Part shown: piece by piece, positions 30,535 to 44,283 of the stretch
How positions within the stretch are numbered: position 1 is the stretch's first letter
Layout: each line of letters opens with the position of its first letter
Assembly: GCF_009914755.1 (NCBI RefSeq)
Contig: NC_060933.1
DNA from: the human T2T-CHM13v2.0 reference genome, Homo sapiens
Direction: 5' to 3' (one strand)
DNA length: 64,000 nt
The notes under the pieces: generated by a model
Databases searched by the model: none
Told to the model about the DNA's origin: nothing
The model's input: the letters and a program-made list of their open reading frames with translations, nothing else
Made by a program: the position numbers and the translations under genes

Positions 30535-30830
30535 AGCCGTCATTTATTGAGTGCTGACTAAATTGTATGCACTGCACTAGAATTTGACTGAATGAATGAA
30601 TGCCCATTAAGCAACTACCATGCCAGCCATTGGGTAAGTATTCCATTGAGTGAATGAAAACACCTATTAAGGACCTTCTATGGACCCAGGTATAAGGCTA
30701 GATTTGAACTAATTGGATAGGATCCTATTGTGCATCTCGAATATGCCAGACACTGCACGAACATTCCATGAAATGAATAAATATTTATTAGGCAATTACT
30801 ATGTGTGAATCATTAAGCCAGACACTTTAA
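30535..30830. repeat. Degenerate ~60-bp tandem array of L2/MIR-tail-like units
   Basis: Five units at ~60-bp spacing, each starting (T/C)ATT(G/A)(A/T)G...; several end in TGAATGAA-like sequence. Confidence 0.6.
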
Positions 30831-31651
30831 TATACATGATCCTGCTTAATCCTCTCTACTGTAATGGAGAGGAGCAAGTATTACTATTTCCATTTTATAC
30901 ATGAGGAAACAGAGGCAAAGAGGCTGAGATTCACACCCAGAGTGCAGAGAAACTGAAATTTGAACACATGTCTCCTAACTCTGTAGCCAGTGCTCTTTCT
31001 ATTATGCAATCATGGTTCTCCGTGTTTGTAGAACCAAACCTAATTTTATAGCATTAAAACAAATGAGAACTGATGGTACATTGAATATCACCATGTGGAA
31101 ATGTATTTCTGTAATATTCTCAAGGCAAGAAGAAAACTTGACCTCACTTGTTAAAGATTAGTCATTGGAGCAGTTAAAATTCCTGTGTTCTTGAGCCCTG
31201 GCCTCTCTTTTGTGAGAAGGTTGTAGACAATCGGTTGAGTTAGCTCTCAGGGCTGTGGAGATAATTCCCACTGTGGTCGCTAAAACTCAAGTAACATTTC
31301 TCATCCAAATAAGAGACAACAAGAATGGCACTGCTTGAAGAAGGCCAGACAATTGTTCTCTTGAATTACATCCTAGTTTTTAGGCCATGTCTTATGCATT
31401 CAGTTAATTAGTCTGCAAAGGCTCACTGAATGCCTAGTGCATGCCAGGCACTGTGCAAGTGCAGGATGTGCAATGAGACTTGGCCAATTTTTAGCTGTGT
31501 GGCCTTGGGCAAGTTCTTTAATATCTCAGTCTCAGATTCCCATCCAGAAAGAGGCCAGGTGTTTATGGAGGGTATTATTATTCTTCCTTTTCTTAAACTC
31601 TTAATATTCAATTTCTTAGGCTACAAAATAAGTTTAATGTTACATGCTGCC

Positions 31652-31694
<43 letters not shown>
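31652..31694. repeat. (ATCT)~11 tetranucleotide STR
   Basis: Perfect TATC run with a degenerate continuation to ~31760. Confidence 0.95.
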
Positions 31695-31827
31695 AGCATC
31701 GTCATTTATCATCTCTATATCTATCTATCATATGTCATCTATATATTTCATCTATATAAACATTTAAACAATATTTTTTTCTGGCTCATTATTTTTCTTA
31801 ATTCCACAAGCCTACAAAGTAGGCATC

Positions 31828-31945
31828 TTTGCAGTGAGCTATACTCATGCCAGTGCGCTCCAGCCTGGGCAAGAGTAAGACACTGTCTCTATCAAACAAA
31901 CAAACACCCCAAACCGGACAAAACAACAACAACAAATAAAACAAA
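31828..31945 (+). mobile_element. Short Alu 3' fragment
   Basis: TTGCAGTGAGC...CTCCAGCCTGGGC plus A-rich tail. Flanked by ACAAAGTAGGCAT on both sides. Confidence 0.85.
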
Positions 31946-33217
31946 GTAGGCATTCTTACCCAATTTTACAGATGAGGAAATCAAGGCCCTGAGAGATTAA
32001 GTAACCTTTTAAAGTCACATGGCTAATAAAATGGCAGAACCAGGATTTAATCTCAGGTGTGTCTGGCTTCAGAGGCTTGCTCTCTCCTCCATAATGTGTT
32101 GGGTTTGCAGAGACACTGACAGTAAAATATGTGAAATACTCCTGCAGAAATTGATTCTAACAATGAAATGGCAGAGGAGGATCCAAGGTAGGATTAGCCC
32201 ATCCAGTTAGTTTACTCTCAGTTTGCTCTGAAAGTGATCTTTAGATATTTGAAACAGAAGAAAGTCAGTCTCCTCCAGTAATGACTAAAGAAAAACTGTG
32301 CACATTGGCAAAATGGCTGGTATCCTTGCAAACATTCCTCCTGGCTCAAGCTGCAGGAATGGCACAGAGCCCTGGAGCATAGGAAGAGCAGGTGTGGCTT
32401 CCAGGGGTACCACTAGTTCTTTCTGCTTCAGTGTAGCTTCCTTTTGAAGCCTTGGTTTCTTTCATCTATAAAATAAGAGATGATAATTTGCTCAGTGATT
32501 GCCATGGGGGTTAAATAAGAAACACAGATGAATGCATTTGGATGAGGCACATTTAAATGAAGTTTAACTCACTATGGAGTGAGTCTGTGTATTAGGCATT
32601 CTCTGAGTACTGGGTACAGTGATAAATAATGTCGGGATGGTCTTTCGGAGAAAAAGATGTGATAATGGCAGTGTGGACAGGCTGTGGAGAAGGGAGTCAT
32701 TATCTGGTGTTTGGCTGGATAGTTTAATATGGGGAAGCCTTCAAGGGATATATTTCAAGTTAATGGGATGGGAAGAGGGGAGGGGGAGAAGCAGTTCTTC
32801 TGCCTGGGTGGGGTGGGGGGGATGATATAACTGCATCAATCTTCCCTGATGCTGCAGCTGTCCGGAGATCTTTGCCTTTGGCCTTGTTCTTGGCAGAAAG
32901 TTCGGCAGTAAGTGGTGCTGTGGAAAATATCTCTGTGGTTAATGAATCAATTCATTAAAAGCACTTAAAACAATGAGAAAAACCCTTTGCTGGCTTGTTT
33001 CCATCAAGAATGGGCATCACATGTTGCCTCATCACATCTTTCAACCAGTGACCCAGGTCTCCTCCTCGTTGCTAGAATCACAGTCTTCACATTTCTCAGG
33101 ATGCGTCTGGAACTTGGTGACCCTTATGGATGTACTATGTGTTATCACTAGGGTGGTGAATCATGCCAGATGTAGATTTTACCCCCGCTGTTCTCCAGGG
33201 AGTACTATGATAGAGAG

Positions 33218-33430
33218 TTCTTAGAATCCTAAGGCTATTGCATCATAGCTGTGGGATTTGGGGCATATTTTCTTAATAACTTGTATAGGAAGTATACAAG
33301 TATAGGAGTATATGGACTCAGTTTTCATGCCTATGAAAATTGTGAAATATGACCTACCTCAAAGAGCTTCTATGAAGAATCAATGAAATACTGTGTAAAT
33401 GCTTGGGATAAAGTAGATTCTAAGTAAATG
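33218..33430 (+). repeat. Local direct duplication, copy 1 (MIR-derived)
   Basis: Matches 36126-36343 with 9 substitutions and one 5-bp indel. Confidence 0.95.
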
Positions 33431-33457
33431 TTTTCCTCCAACTTTCCTTTTTCTGCA

Positions 33458-33688
33458 TCAGAGGTCAACAAACTATGGCCGACTGGTCAAATCTGACCAC
33501 CTACCAGTTTTTGCAAATGAAGTTTTATTGGAACATAGCCACACCCATTCATCTCTGTATCCTCTATGGCTGCTTTTGTGTACAATGGCAGAGTGTACGG
33601 CTGTGACAGAGACCAGATGAGTCATCTGTCCACAAAGCCAAAAATATTTACTGTATCATCCTTTACAGGATATCTTTGCCAACCCCTG
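33458..33688 (+). mobile_element. MER58A
   Basis: CAGAGGTCAACAAACTATGGCC...TTTGCCAACCCCTG. Confidence 0.85.
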
Positions 33689-33843
33689 TTCTACATAGTA
33701 GCCTTATCTCTGTGTCCTTTTCCTTCCAAAATTTCTCTTTATCAGACTAAATGCCACTGGTGACTTAGGCCACCACTCCTATGTCAAAGTGTTTGGTCCC
33801 TCTGGTTGTTGTCCGAATGCAATCCTATTGATTGCAAGTCCTT

Positions 33844-34181
33844 GGCCGGGCGCAGTGGCTCACGCCTGTGATACTAGCACTTTGGGAGGCCAAGGCGGGA
33901 GGATCATGAGGTCAGGAGATCGAGACCATCCTGGCTAACATGGTGAAACTTCATCTCTACTAAAAAAAAATACAAAAAATACAAAAAATTAGCTGGCATG
34001 GTGGCGGGCACCTGTAGTCCCAGCTACTCAGGAGGCTGAGGCAGGAGAATGGCGTGAACCCTGGAGGCGGAGCTTGCAGTGAGCCGAGATCACGCCACTG
34101 CACTCCAGCGTAGGCGACAGAGTGAGACTCCGTCTCAAACAACAACAACAACAAAACACACACACACACAAAAAACAAAAA
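33844..34181 (+). mobile_element. AluY with (AAC)n/(AC)n tail
   Basis: GAGATCGAGACCATCCTGGCTAAC, AATGGCGTGAACC, GGAGCTTGCAGT. TSD CAAGTCCTT. Confidence 0.95.
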
Positions 34182-34449
34182 CAAGTCCTTTGAGCATGAC
34201 TCCAGGTACTGGGCAAACTTCAATCCAATCCTGCTGGCTTTGGTCTGACCAAATCTGAGAAGGTGTCTGTAGGTATCACCAGATTACCAAAGAAGTTCAT
34301 GTACAGATATGCATGCTTTTCATGATGGTAGCAGCTCATTCTCAAAAGCCTCAGGAGTCACAGATCACTCCTTTGCCCAGACAAATCTCCAAAGAGGCAA
34401 AGAAAGTTTTTGAGTTCTTCTCTTCTGTCAGACTAAGATAAGATATGTT

Positions 34450-34923
34450 TGTCAATTGGGTTCTCTGAGAAGCAGCTTATGAGAGGAAGTTAGAAATATA
34501 AGCAGTTTATTGGGGAGAGCAATGTCACTTGCGTTAAATAACAAGCACGAGAAGCAGAATTGGGCAAGGAAAGCCTTCAGACCATGACAAGGAGAACCTC
34601 AGACCTCAATTCAGGTCTCCCAAAGTCTCTGCCAACCCAAATGAGAGCTCCAGAACAATGACTGCCTGCTAAAGGAGTCCCATATTAGGCAGAAATGGCC
34701 AGGCATGAGGACTAGCCATTGGCTAGAGGATGCTCAGGAGGAAGGTGGTCCTGGCTTGAAAGCTGAGTACATCCTGAAGGTGTTATGGCAAGACACTATC
34801 AGCTACCTTATCTCATGCAGCACAATGGCAAGTTCTTTCTCTAAGAGAGATCTGAGCAGTGCACCTGGTCCATGTCTGCCCCAACTCGAAAAGGCCAGCA
34901 CAATCCTGGAGTAACATGCAACA
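34450..34923 (-). mobile_element. LTR40-like ERVL solo LTR
   Basis: TTGGGTTCTCTGAGAAGCAG...TTTATT...GAAGCAGAATTGGGCA...GCCAACCC..GAGCTCCAG. Confidence 0.6.
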
Positions 34924-35016
34924 TAGCCAGAGACAAAAAAGCATGTCTCTGGGAGAATTGTGTATCTGGTTTTATTTGCACAGGGCACCAAAATCTTGAT
35001 TTTCATAGTCAGGTAG

Positions 35017-35369
<353 letters not shown>

Positions 35370-36125
35370 TAGTATCTAGAGTAGTTCTTTGACTTAGGAC
35401 TTTAGGAAGGTGACTGGAGGATTTGTTGATAATGATTGGGAGACTGAGTCCATACTCTGTAATGATAATGATAATAACGAGGATGATATTAAGGAGGATG
35501 ATAGAGTTTCTACATGAATATAGAGTCAAGGAATTACAAGGACTACCTATTAGGCACTGATGTTAGAATCTCTCTCCTCTGCCCTTCGGTAGCTGGAGCT
35601 TACCCAGTGTGAGAGTCAGCTCTGATCCCACTGCGACTCTTCTCCCAGGAGTTCTCTGCTATGCTCCATGCCATCTTATCATAGGCAGTGGATACCAAGG
35701 CACATACTTCTTGCTTCAGAGTCTATCACTCATCATAGACAATACGTAGTCTTTTCTTAGGAACTTACTCAAAGGAGATGCTGAAAATGCTTCATCTTTA
35801 TCACTTGATTTCTGTGGATGCTGAATTTTGCCTCTAATGTGCCTTCTAAAGTGCTGCCTGTGTCCACTGCTTGCAATGACAATGAAGGTGGGAGCTGCCT
35901 TTTTCTAATCAAACATACTGGGCTACACTCATGCTGGAAAAATATGTCCTGCTTCAGGGTGGCCATTCTTTGTTGTAAGTCTAGAAAGAGCATCTGAGTC
36001 CTGATTGGCAGGAATAATCACTGTCTGTTGAGAATACCTTTGTAGCTCCACTATATTTCCTGTGTAAAGTATTTAACTTCCCCTGACATCAGGATTTAAA
36101 ATTAATTTAGGGCTACGATGGAGCC

Positions 36126-36343
36126 TTCTTAGAATCCTAAGGCAATTATATTGCATCATAGCTGTGGGATATGGGACATATTTTCTTAATAACTTGTATA
36201 GGAAATATACAAGTATAGGAGTATATTGACTCAGTTTTCATGCCTATGAAAATTGTGAAATATGACCTACCTCAAAGAGCTTCTATGATGAATCAATGAA
36301 ATACTGTGGAAATACTTGGCATAAAGTAGATTCTAAGCAAATG
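36126..36343 (+). repeat. Local direct duplication, copy 2
   Basis: Matches 33218-33430. Confidence 0.95.
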
Positions 36344-37844
36344 GTAATTGATATGTAATAATTTTCTTAGGTAACTTGATATGCATTAATTTTCTTTCTC
36401 TGCTTTTCCTCCTGGGTTGAGTTTATTTGCCATGCATTTGGGAGATAGTTCCTTCTGTCCCTCATTGAAATGGCTGGATTGAAATATTGGACTTCTAAAC
36501 GGATTTGTGCAAATATTGTCTTCCCAGGATGGCCCTTCAGTCTTTCAAACTCAGGTCCTTTGGCAAGGTCCTTGGCAGCAATGAAAGTGTCCTCCTGGGC
36601 ATGGGCAGTCATCCCCATGAATGGTGAGCCAAACAGTCAGAGGAAGGCGGTGCTCATGCCAGGAAGATCAGGCACTTGCCAGCTTCTCCTTGGCCCAGCA
36701 CTGCATGCCCTGAGATGATGTATAGCCACACAGTTAGGAGAGATCTTGACTCTGAGATCCTCAGCACTTCCCTCTCCACCTCTTTGAAGATCTGAGCTGA
36801 AAACAACACTTGGCCCCCAACACTAATAACACCCATCTCTCTCTGTTTGAGAATCTCTAATTAGCTAGGCACTTCCCATGTATTATGTCATTTAACAACA
36901 CTCTGAGGTAAGGGTGCTTATTCCCATGTTAGAAATGGGGAAACGGAGGCTCAGGAGTTCCTTGCCATTGGTCAAACAGTTGGTAAGTGGTAGGCCTGGG
37001 ATGTGAACACAGGTGTGTCCTTTCCCCTACACGCAGTTCCCATAATAGAGAGTGATCCAGGAAGTAATGAAGCCAATTGCATCCCGTGTGAGGGAAGAGC
37101 ATCTGCTGAACAGATGCCCGGATATACTGGCCGAGTGCCATGAGGACATAGCTTTTTCTTGGCGATGAGGGCAATATCAAGAGACTGCTCCATGGCAGAA
37201 ATGCTTTTACCATGAGTCACCCCATTACTCCATTTGGAGAGTTTATAGCTAAGGAGCTACAGCAATTCACCTGTGTCTCCTACATGTTTAAGCCCCAGCA
37301 ATCCAGAAGAGCAATTCTATTAAGCAATATCCTCCCAGCAACGTATGGAGAGTATAAGAAATCATGTGACTTATGTTAATCAGCACTCAGGTCAAATTCA
37401 GCTGTTTATGGGATCATGTAGACTGATTTACCAACATCTCCAGATAATGTTTGTTTGTTTTTTTTTAATCTAAGAGCTACACCATTAATTTCTTCTCCTC
37501 ATTCACTTTCAAGTTTGAAATCCAAACTCCTGATAAAGGCATCTCCCAGTTGTCCATGATCTGGCCCTTGCCTGCCTTTGTCTCGATGTTTTCTCTTAAC
37601 TGTTATTTCTTACAATTCATGCTCCAGTTGTACCGGCATCCTGGGAGTTCCAGAAATGGCCGTGCTGACCCAGGTCTTTGCCCTTTTGATCCTTTTCCTT
37701 AAAAAGCCCTTCCTCACTTTGTCTCCTTGCCTAGTCCTTGAATATCTTCCAAGTCTCAGCTCTAAGACTTGCTTCCCTGACATCTTTAGTCAGGTTTAGG
37801 TCCTCCTGCCTTCTCTTGTCCTCTCATAGCATCTTGTAAAATAT

Positions 37845-37920
37845 ATAAATTGGTGCAAAAGTAATTGTGGTTTTTGCCAAATGAATGGCAAAAACTGCAC
37901 TTACTTTTGCACCAATCTAA
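37845..37920. mobile_element. MADE1 (Hsmar1-derived MITE), palindromic
   Basis: TTGGTGCAAAAGTAATTGTGGTTTTTGCCA-AATGAA-TGGCAAAAACTGCACTTACTTTTGCACCAATCTAA|TA. Confidence 0.93.
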
Positions 37921-39186
37921 TACGAATGGATCCATATCCATTTGCTGGAGTCACCTGCTCTCTCCTTCCTCTTCCACATGAGTCTGTATGACCCTCATGG
38001 GAGAGAAATGTGTCTTATTATTCTTTGAACACCTAGTGGTTGTCAGATAGCATGACTCACAGTCAGTGTTCAGGAAACCTTTGAGACATTAACCACAAGG
38101 CATGCTGAAATCTCACTCACAGGCTGCGGGGAAAGAGAAGAAGTGGAAGCAGGTAGAACTGGAGGGAGGAACCCACCAGCCTTTCTGATTGGCCCTGACC
38201 ACGGGACACACAGTGGCCCCCAGGATCAGTATCAAACTGGGTAAAATGCAAGTAAAATGAAAACTGGTAAATACAAGCTCGATGCAAGCTGTCAGCACTT
38301 CCAAGGAGAATGCTTTGTCCAGATTCAGGGGTCTCAGGTTTTAGTTGGGGGATAAGCAGTCAGGGCATGATGTGGGGTGTGGGGATCTCTTTTTCCTGCA
38401 ACAGAAATATATCAGGGCTTCACAGGAGAGCGGGCACCAATGTACAGGACTCCTTTCATTAATTACATTTAAATTAACTTAATGTTAGATTAAATTCATT
38501 AAAATTTTTGAGATAATTGTAGATTCATATACAGTTGTAAGAAATAGGACAGAGAGATCCTTAAAGTGGGCATCATACAGAGAGGGAAGTATCCTTGATC
38601 TCTGTTTACCCATGAGAAAAGGACCATTTGCCCAACCATTTAGCAGGCTCACTAAGCGGAGCCAGTGCTGGACCTTGTGCTGGTGAAAGACATCTAGAAT
38701 CTGACTGGATCTAGTCACTCTGCCTCTAAGGACTTACAGTCTAGGGAGATTGGCCAATGAAGTAACAATTACAGTGTTAAATGCCACAGTGGAGAGACCC
38801 TGTGTGTGTGAAAAGCATCAAGAGTGATGGATGTGGATTCTGCTGGGTTGTAATGATGGCGGTCGGATGGTGCATTAGGTTGGTGTCATGGGATGAGGGG
38901 CTGTTCAAGCGTCAGTCTTAAGCCTTGATGACACATCCTCCAGTTGGAGAAGGGAGGCTATGAATTCCGTGATGAGAATAGCATCAGCAAAGATACCAGG
39001 TCACTTCACAACCTGGAGGGTGTCAGGGCGGGCGAGCCATTTGTCCTGATTGAAGGCAGTGTTCTGGTGGAGGAGTAGAGGGAGGGAGGCTGAGGCAGTT
39101 GGCAAGGGAGACTGGGGGGTCTGGTTGCATTGCTCAGGCATAATCCTGTGGGTAACTGGAGTGAGCTGCAGCCCTACAGGATTTCC

Positions 39187-39493
39187 TTTCTTTTTTTTTT
39201 TTTTTTTTTTTTTTGAGATGACGTTTTGCTCTTGTTGCCCAGACTGGAGAGCAATGGCGTGATCTCAGCTCACTGCAACCTCCACCTCCCATTTCAAGCA
39301 ATTCTTCTGCCTCAGCCTCCTGAGTAGTTGGGATTACAGGTGCCTGCCACTACACCCAGCTAATTTTTGTATTTTTAGTAGAGATGGGGTTTTGCCATGT
39401 TGGCAGGCTAGTCTTGAACTCCTGACATCAGGTGATCCTCCCGCCTCGGCCTCCCAAAGTGCTGGGATTACAGGCGTGAGCCACTGCGCCCAA
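39187..39493 (-). mobile_element. Alu (AluSq-like)
   Basis: TSD CCTACAGGATTT. Confidence 0.95.
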
Positions 39494-39704
39494 GCCTACA
39501 GGATTTTTTAAATGGGAGTTGCTTGGTGAGGTTTGGATTTTGAAAATTTACTTTTGTCAAAGAAGCCCTTCACGTATGAAGGTCTATAGTCTCCCCTTGG
39601 ATGGAGAATAAGGAGCTGCTCACGGCCTCAGCTCTGCAATCTTCCTGCGCATCCTTACTCTCAACCTCAATCCTACCTCACACAACTCTACAGATTACAA
39701 TCCA

Positions 39705-40334
<630 letters not shown>

Positions 40335-41964
40335 TCACCAAAGTAAGGTCCATGCCTCTCTTTGTGGTAAGTAAAAGTGCCTGTTTACTGTCTCTCTGGC
40401 AGTGGGATCTGTTGTAGGAGCAGACTGAGTTGGATGTAGGGAGAGAGATGAACTTGTAAAGCCCCTCAGTCTGGAATTCCATGCTTCATCTTGGAAGCTG
40501 TAGGCTTTGCTTCCTGTGTGGTCTCAGGCTCATCCTCCCATCTCAGTTTCCCCATCTGGAAAAATGGGAGAACAATATGTACCTTCTTGGGGTGCCTCAA
40601 GAATTATTAGTCATGGGGGAAGGATTTGGAGAAGGCAGACAAAAAGCCTTCTCCAGTGTTCTGCAGTCTCCAGACCTGACTGCCGCAGTGTGGGCAGATA
40701 AGACAAGCTGGCGAGAAGGAGACAAAAACATGTGTGTTGTGAACTAGCTCTGTCTTTGCTCTTTCTCCTTCCTTGGGGTCGGAGATTTGCTTGTGCTCCA
40801 GACTAGCAGAGGTCATTTTTCCAGGAAAGCATCTTCTTTCATCTGGCTAGTAAGTTTTCTCACCTGTAAAATGGAGCTCTGTGGTCCATTCCTCATGGGG
40901 CAGTTTGAGAATAGCGCTTGGCACATATATGTGTTCAATAAATGTTCGAGACTTGAAAAGAAAAAAAAGGTCTTAAGCATCGGAGGCCTTTCAGATGCAT
41001 AGAATTCATCAAATTCTCCAGAGGCTGCAAGGAAAGAACCAAGAATGTAGGATTCAGAGCTAGAGTGGTGTGGGTTCAAATCGTGTGCTCATTATTTACT
41101 TGTGAGGCTTCAGGCAACTTCCTTAAAGAGCTGTAATTTTCTCATCTGACACATGGAGATTTGACCCTCTATCTTATCAGATACCCCTTCTACTTGAGAA
41201 GGTAAAGTATGATCACAAATATAAAGTGACCAGCACATGGTGAGGGCCTCAGCACCGAGTAGGTGATAATTTCTTTTGTTTTGGCTTCTGCTGCTTGTAT
41301 TCCCACACCAAACACCACTCCATGCTGGAGACAGATGACCTGCCCAGCCAGGCCAGGGGGGACACAGGCTCTCATCCACATGACACAAAGTACAAAGCCT
41401 TGGCTTTGCCTTCTCTCCGGATGGTCAGGCAGCTGTTTGGAGAGACAATCAAAGGTTTGCAGCTGCAGCTTTGGGCCACAAACAGACGGCATCATGCAGC
41501 CCTGTTGGGGGCAAGTGCCTTTGGGAACAGGAAAGTCACTCCTTGGGGGACCTTCTTCTAATGTCTAAAGGCCATTTCCGACTTTTGAAAAACAACTCAT
41601 TCTGCTCTCTAACTGCAAAGAAATTGGATACCATAGTCCCAAATACAATCTTATTGACCCCTTCTCTTTTATAGATTATTTTTTTAGGGACACAAACAAT
41701 GGAAATTCACCAGCATCACTAAGAAATGATGAGAGTTCCATAGTCTTTAGGGTAAGGTGCAGCCAAGACCCCCAAAAGTCAAGCCCTGTGTCTCGGCTAC
41801 ACGAAAAACTGGCAATCCTTGTGGAGCCGGAAAGGTGGCTGAATTTAGGGAGAAGCCAAGTAGTAAGCCATTCACTCATTCATTCATTTAGTAATTCCTT
41901 CACTCGTGCATTCATTGAACTAATACTCACTGAACACTTGCTGGGTCCTCGGCTTTATATTGCT

Positions 41965-42880
41965 GCTGGAGATATAAAGGCCCAGTGCTGGAGATTTAAG
42001 GGCCCAGCCCTGGAGATGTGAAGGCCCAGTGCTGGAGATGTGAAGGACCCAGCGCTGGAGATGTGAAGGGCCCAGCGCTGGAGATGTGAAGGGCCCAGCG
42101 CTGGAGTTGTGAAGGGCCCAGCGCTGGAGATATAAAGGCCCAGTGCTGGAGATTTAAGGGCCCAGCCCTGGAGATGTAAAGGCCCAGCTCTGGAGATGTA
42201 AAGGCCCAGCGCTGGAGATGTAAAGGCCCAGCGCTGGAGATGAAAGGGCCCAGCGCTGGAGATGAAAGGGCCCGGCGCTGGAGATGTTAAGGGCCCGGCG
42301 CTGGAGATGTTAAGGGCCCGGCGCTGGAGATGAAAGGGCCCGGCGCTGGAGATGTTAAGGGCCCGGCGCTGGAGATGTTAAGGGCCCGGCGCTGGAGATG
42401 AAAGGGCCCGGCGCTGGAGATGTTAAGGGCCCGGCGCTGGAGATGTTAAGGGCCCGGCGCTGGAGATGAAAGGGCCCGGCGCTGGAGATGTAAGGGCCCG
42501 GCGCTGGAGATGTAAGGGCCCGGCGCTGGAGATGAAAGGGCCCGGCGCTGGAGATGTTAAGGGCCCGGCGCTGGAGATGAAAGGGCCCGGCGCTGGAGAT
42601 GTAAGGGCCCGGCGCTGGAGATGAAAGGGCCCGGCGCTGGAGATGTTAAGGGCCCGGCGCTGGAGATGAAAGGGCCCGGCGCTGGAGATGAAAGGGCCCA
42701 GCTCTGGAGATGTAAGGGCCCAGCGCTGGAGATGAAAGGGCGCAGCACTGGAGATGTAAAGGCCCAGTGCTGGACAAGTAAAGGTCCAGCGCTGGAGATG
42801 TAAAGGCCCAGTGCTGGAGATGAAAGGGCCCAGCGCTGGAGATGAAAGGGCCCAGTGCTGGAGATGTGAAGGCCCAGTGC
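41965..42880. repeat. Minisatellite/VNTR, ~41 units of 22-23 bp, consensus GGGCCC(A/G)GCGCTGGAGATG(TTAA/TAA/AAA)
   Basis: Directly visible tandem array with L2-like flanks. Confidence 0.97.
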
Positions 42881-43934
42881 ATAAAGGTCATAATATACTG
42901 TCTGAAAGGAGATAATGATGTAGTAAGAACCAAACTGGAAGGGGATAATGGTAGGGGAGTGTGATCAATGCATTAATCAAGGTATGTGCTGGGCTGGCAG
43001 GTACTGGCTGATTCTAGTACATCACAAAGAGCCATCACTGAAGGTTTGGAGGAGGCAGAGAACTTAGAACTGGCTCAGAAGGATGAGTTGGGGTTCATCA
43101 GGAAGTCTGGTGCTCCCTGCGGAGACAGCAGCAGACACAAGGGCTTGCCAAGATGCAGTATCTTCCAGAAGCCACTCTAAGACTGTAGGCAGAGGAGCCC
43201 TGTGACCAGGTTAGAGAGGGCAGCGAGTCTACCGCCCAGAGAAACCACTGGAAGTAGAGAAAACCAGAGGCAGGAAGCTCAGCTGGCTGAGGTAAGGAAA
43301 TCAGAAGATAAGCCCCACATCTGAGGCCCTCACCAGAGCAATAACTATAATAGTTTATGTTTAACTTGATCAGTGCTGCCAAGAGCTTAACTTAGATGAA
43401 TTGACTGAAACTTCACAGCAATTCTTTAAGGCCAGAGACTACCTGCTTAGGGTCACAGAGCTAGCGCATGAAGGCTCTGCGTCTTAAGTATTGTCTATGT
43501 GAACTTGATGTTCAAAACCTTGCTCTAAGTGTCTAAACCACTAGTGCACCAGAGTAGATGTGAAGGCTGGGGACAGGCAGAGAGTGCCCTCTATCCCCAT
43601 AGTCCCTATGGTTGCCAGCTCCTGGGTCTACCCTGGCTTGGAAGTCAGACACCTGCCTATGTCTTTCAGGCTTTGACACCTCTGCAAAGTGTCTTTTGTT
43701 CCCATGGCAGTTTTGTCTTCTTTCAGAAGACTGTGCTCCCCATCATGCCCACCAGCGCCGTGCTGTTCCCCGCTGCACTTCTTGTGCTGTAAGTCCATTC
43801 TCACATCCCCCTGATGCTTGCGTGGATGCCCCATGTCAGCCTAAGAAATCCTGCACCTTCTCCCCTGCCTCCTAACTAGCCTCTCGCAATGTCTCTCCAG
43901 CTGCGGAATCTCCCATATGTCAAAAAACACCTCT

Positions 43935-44283
<349 letters not shown>

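Noticed and set aside
41965-42880. CRISPR-like appearance and short repeat-encoded ORFs
   Set aside because: Units are contiguous with no unique spacers, there are no cas genes, and the context is eukaryotic. Mixed 22/23-bp units break any reading frame.
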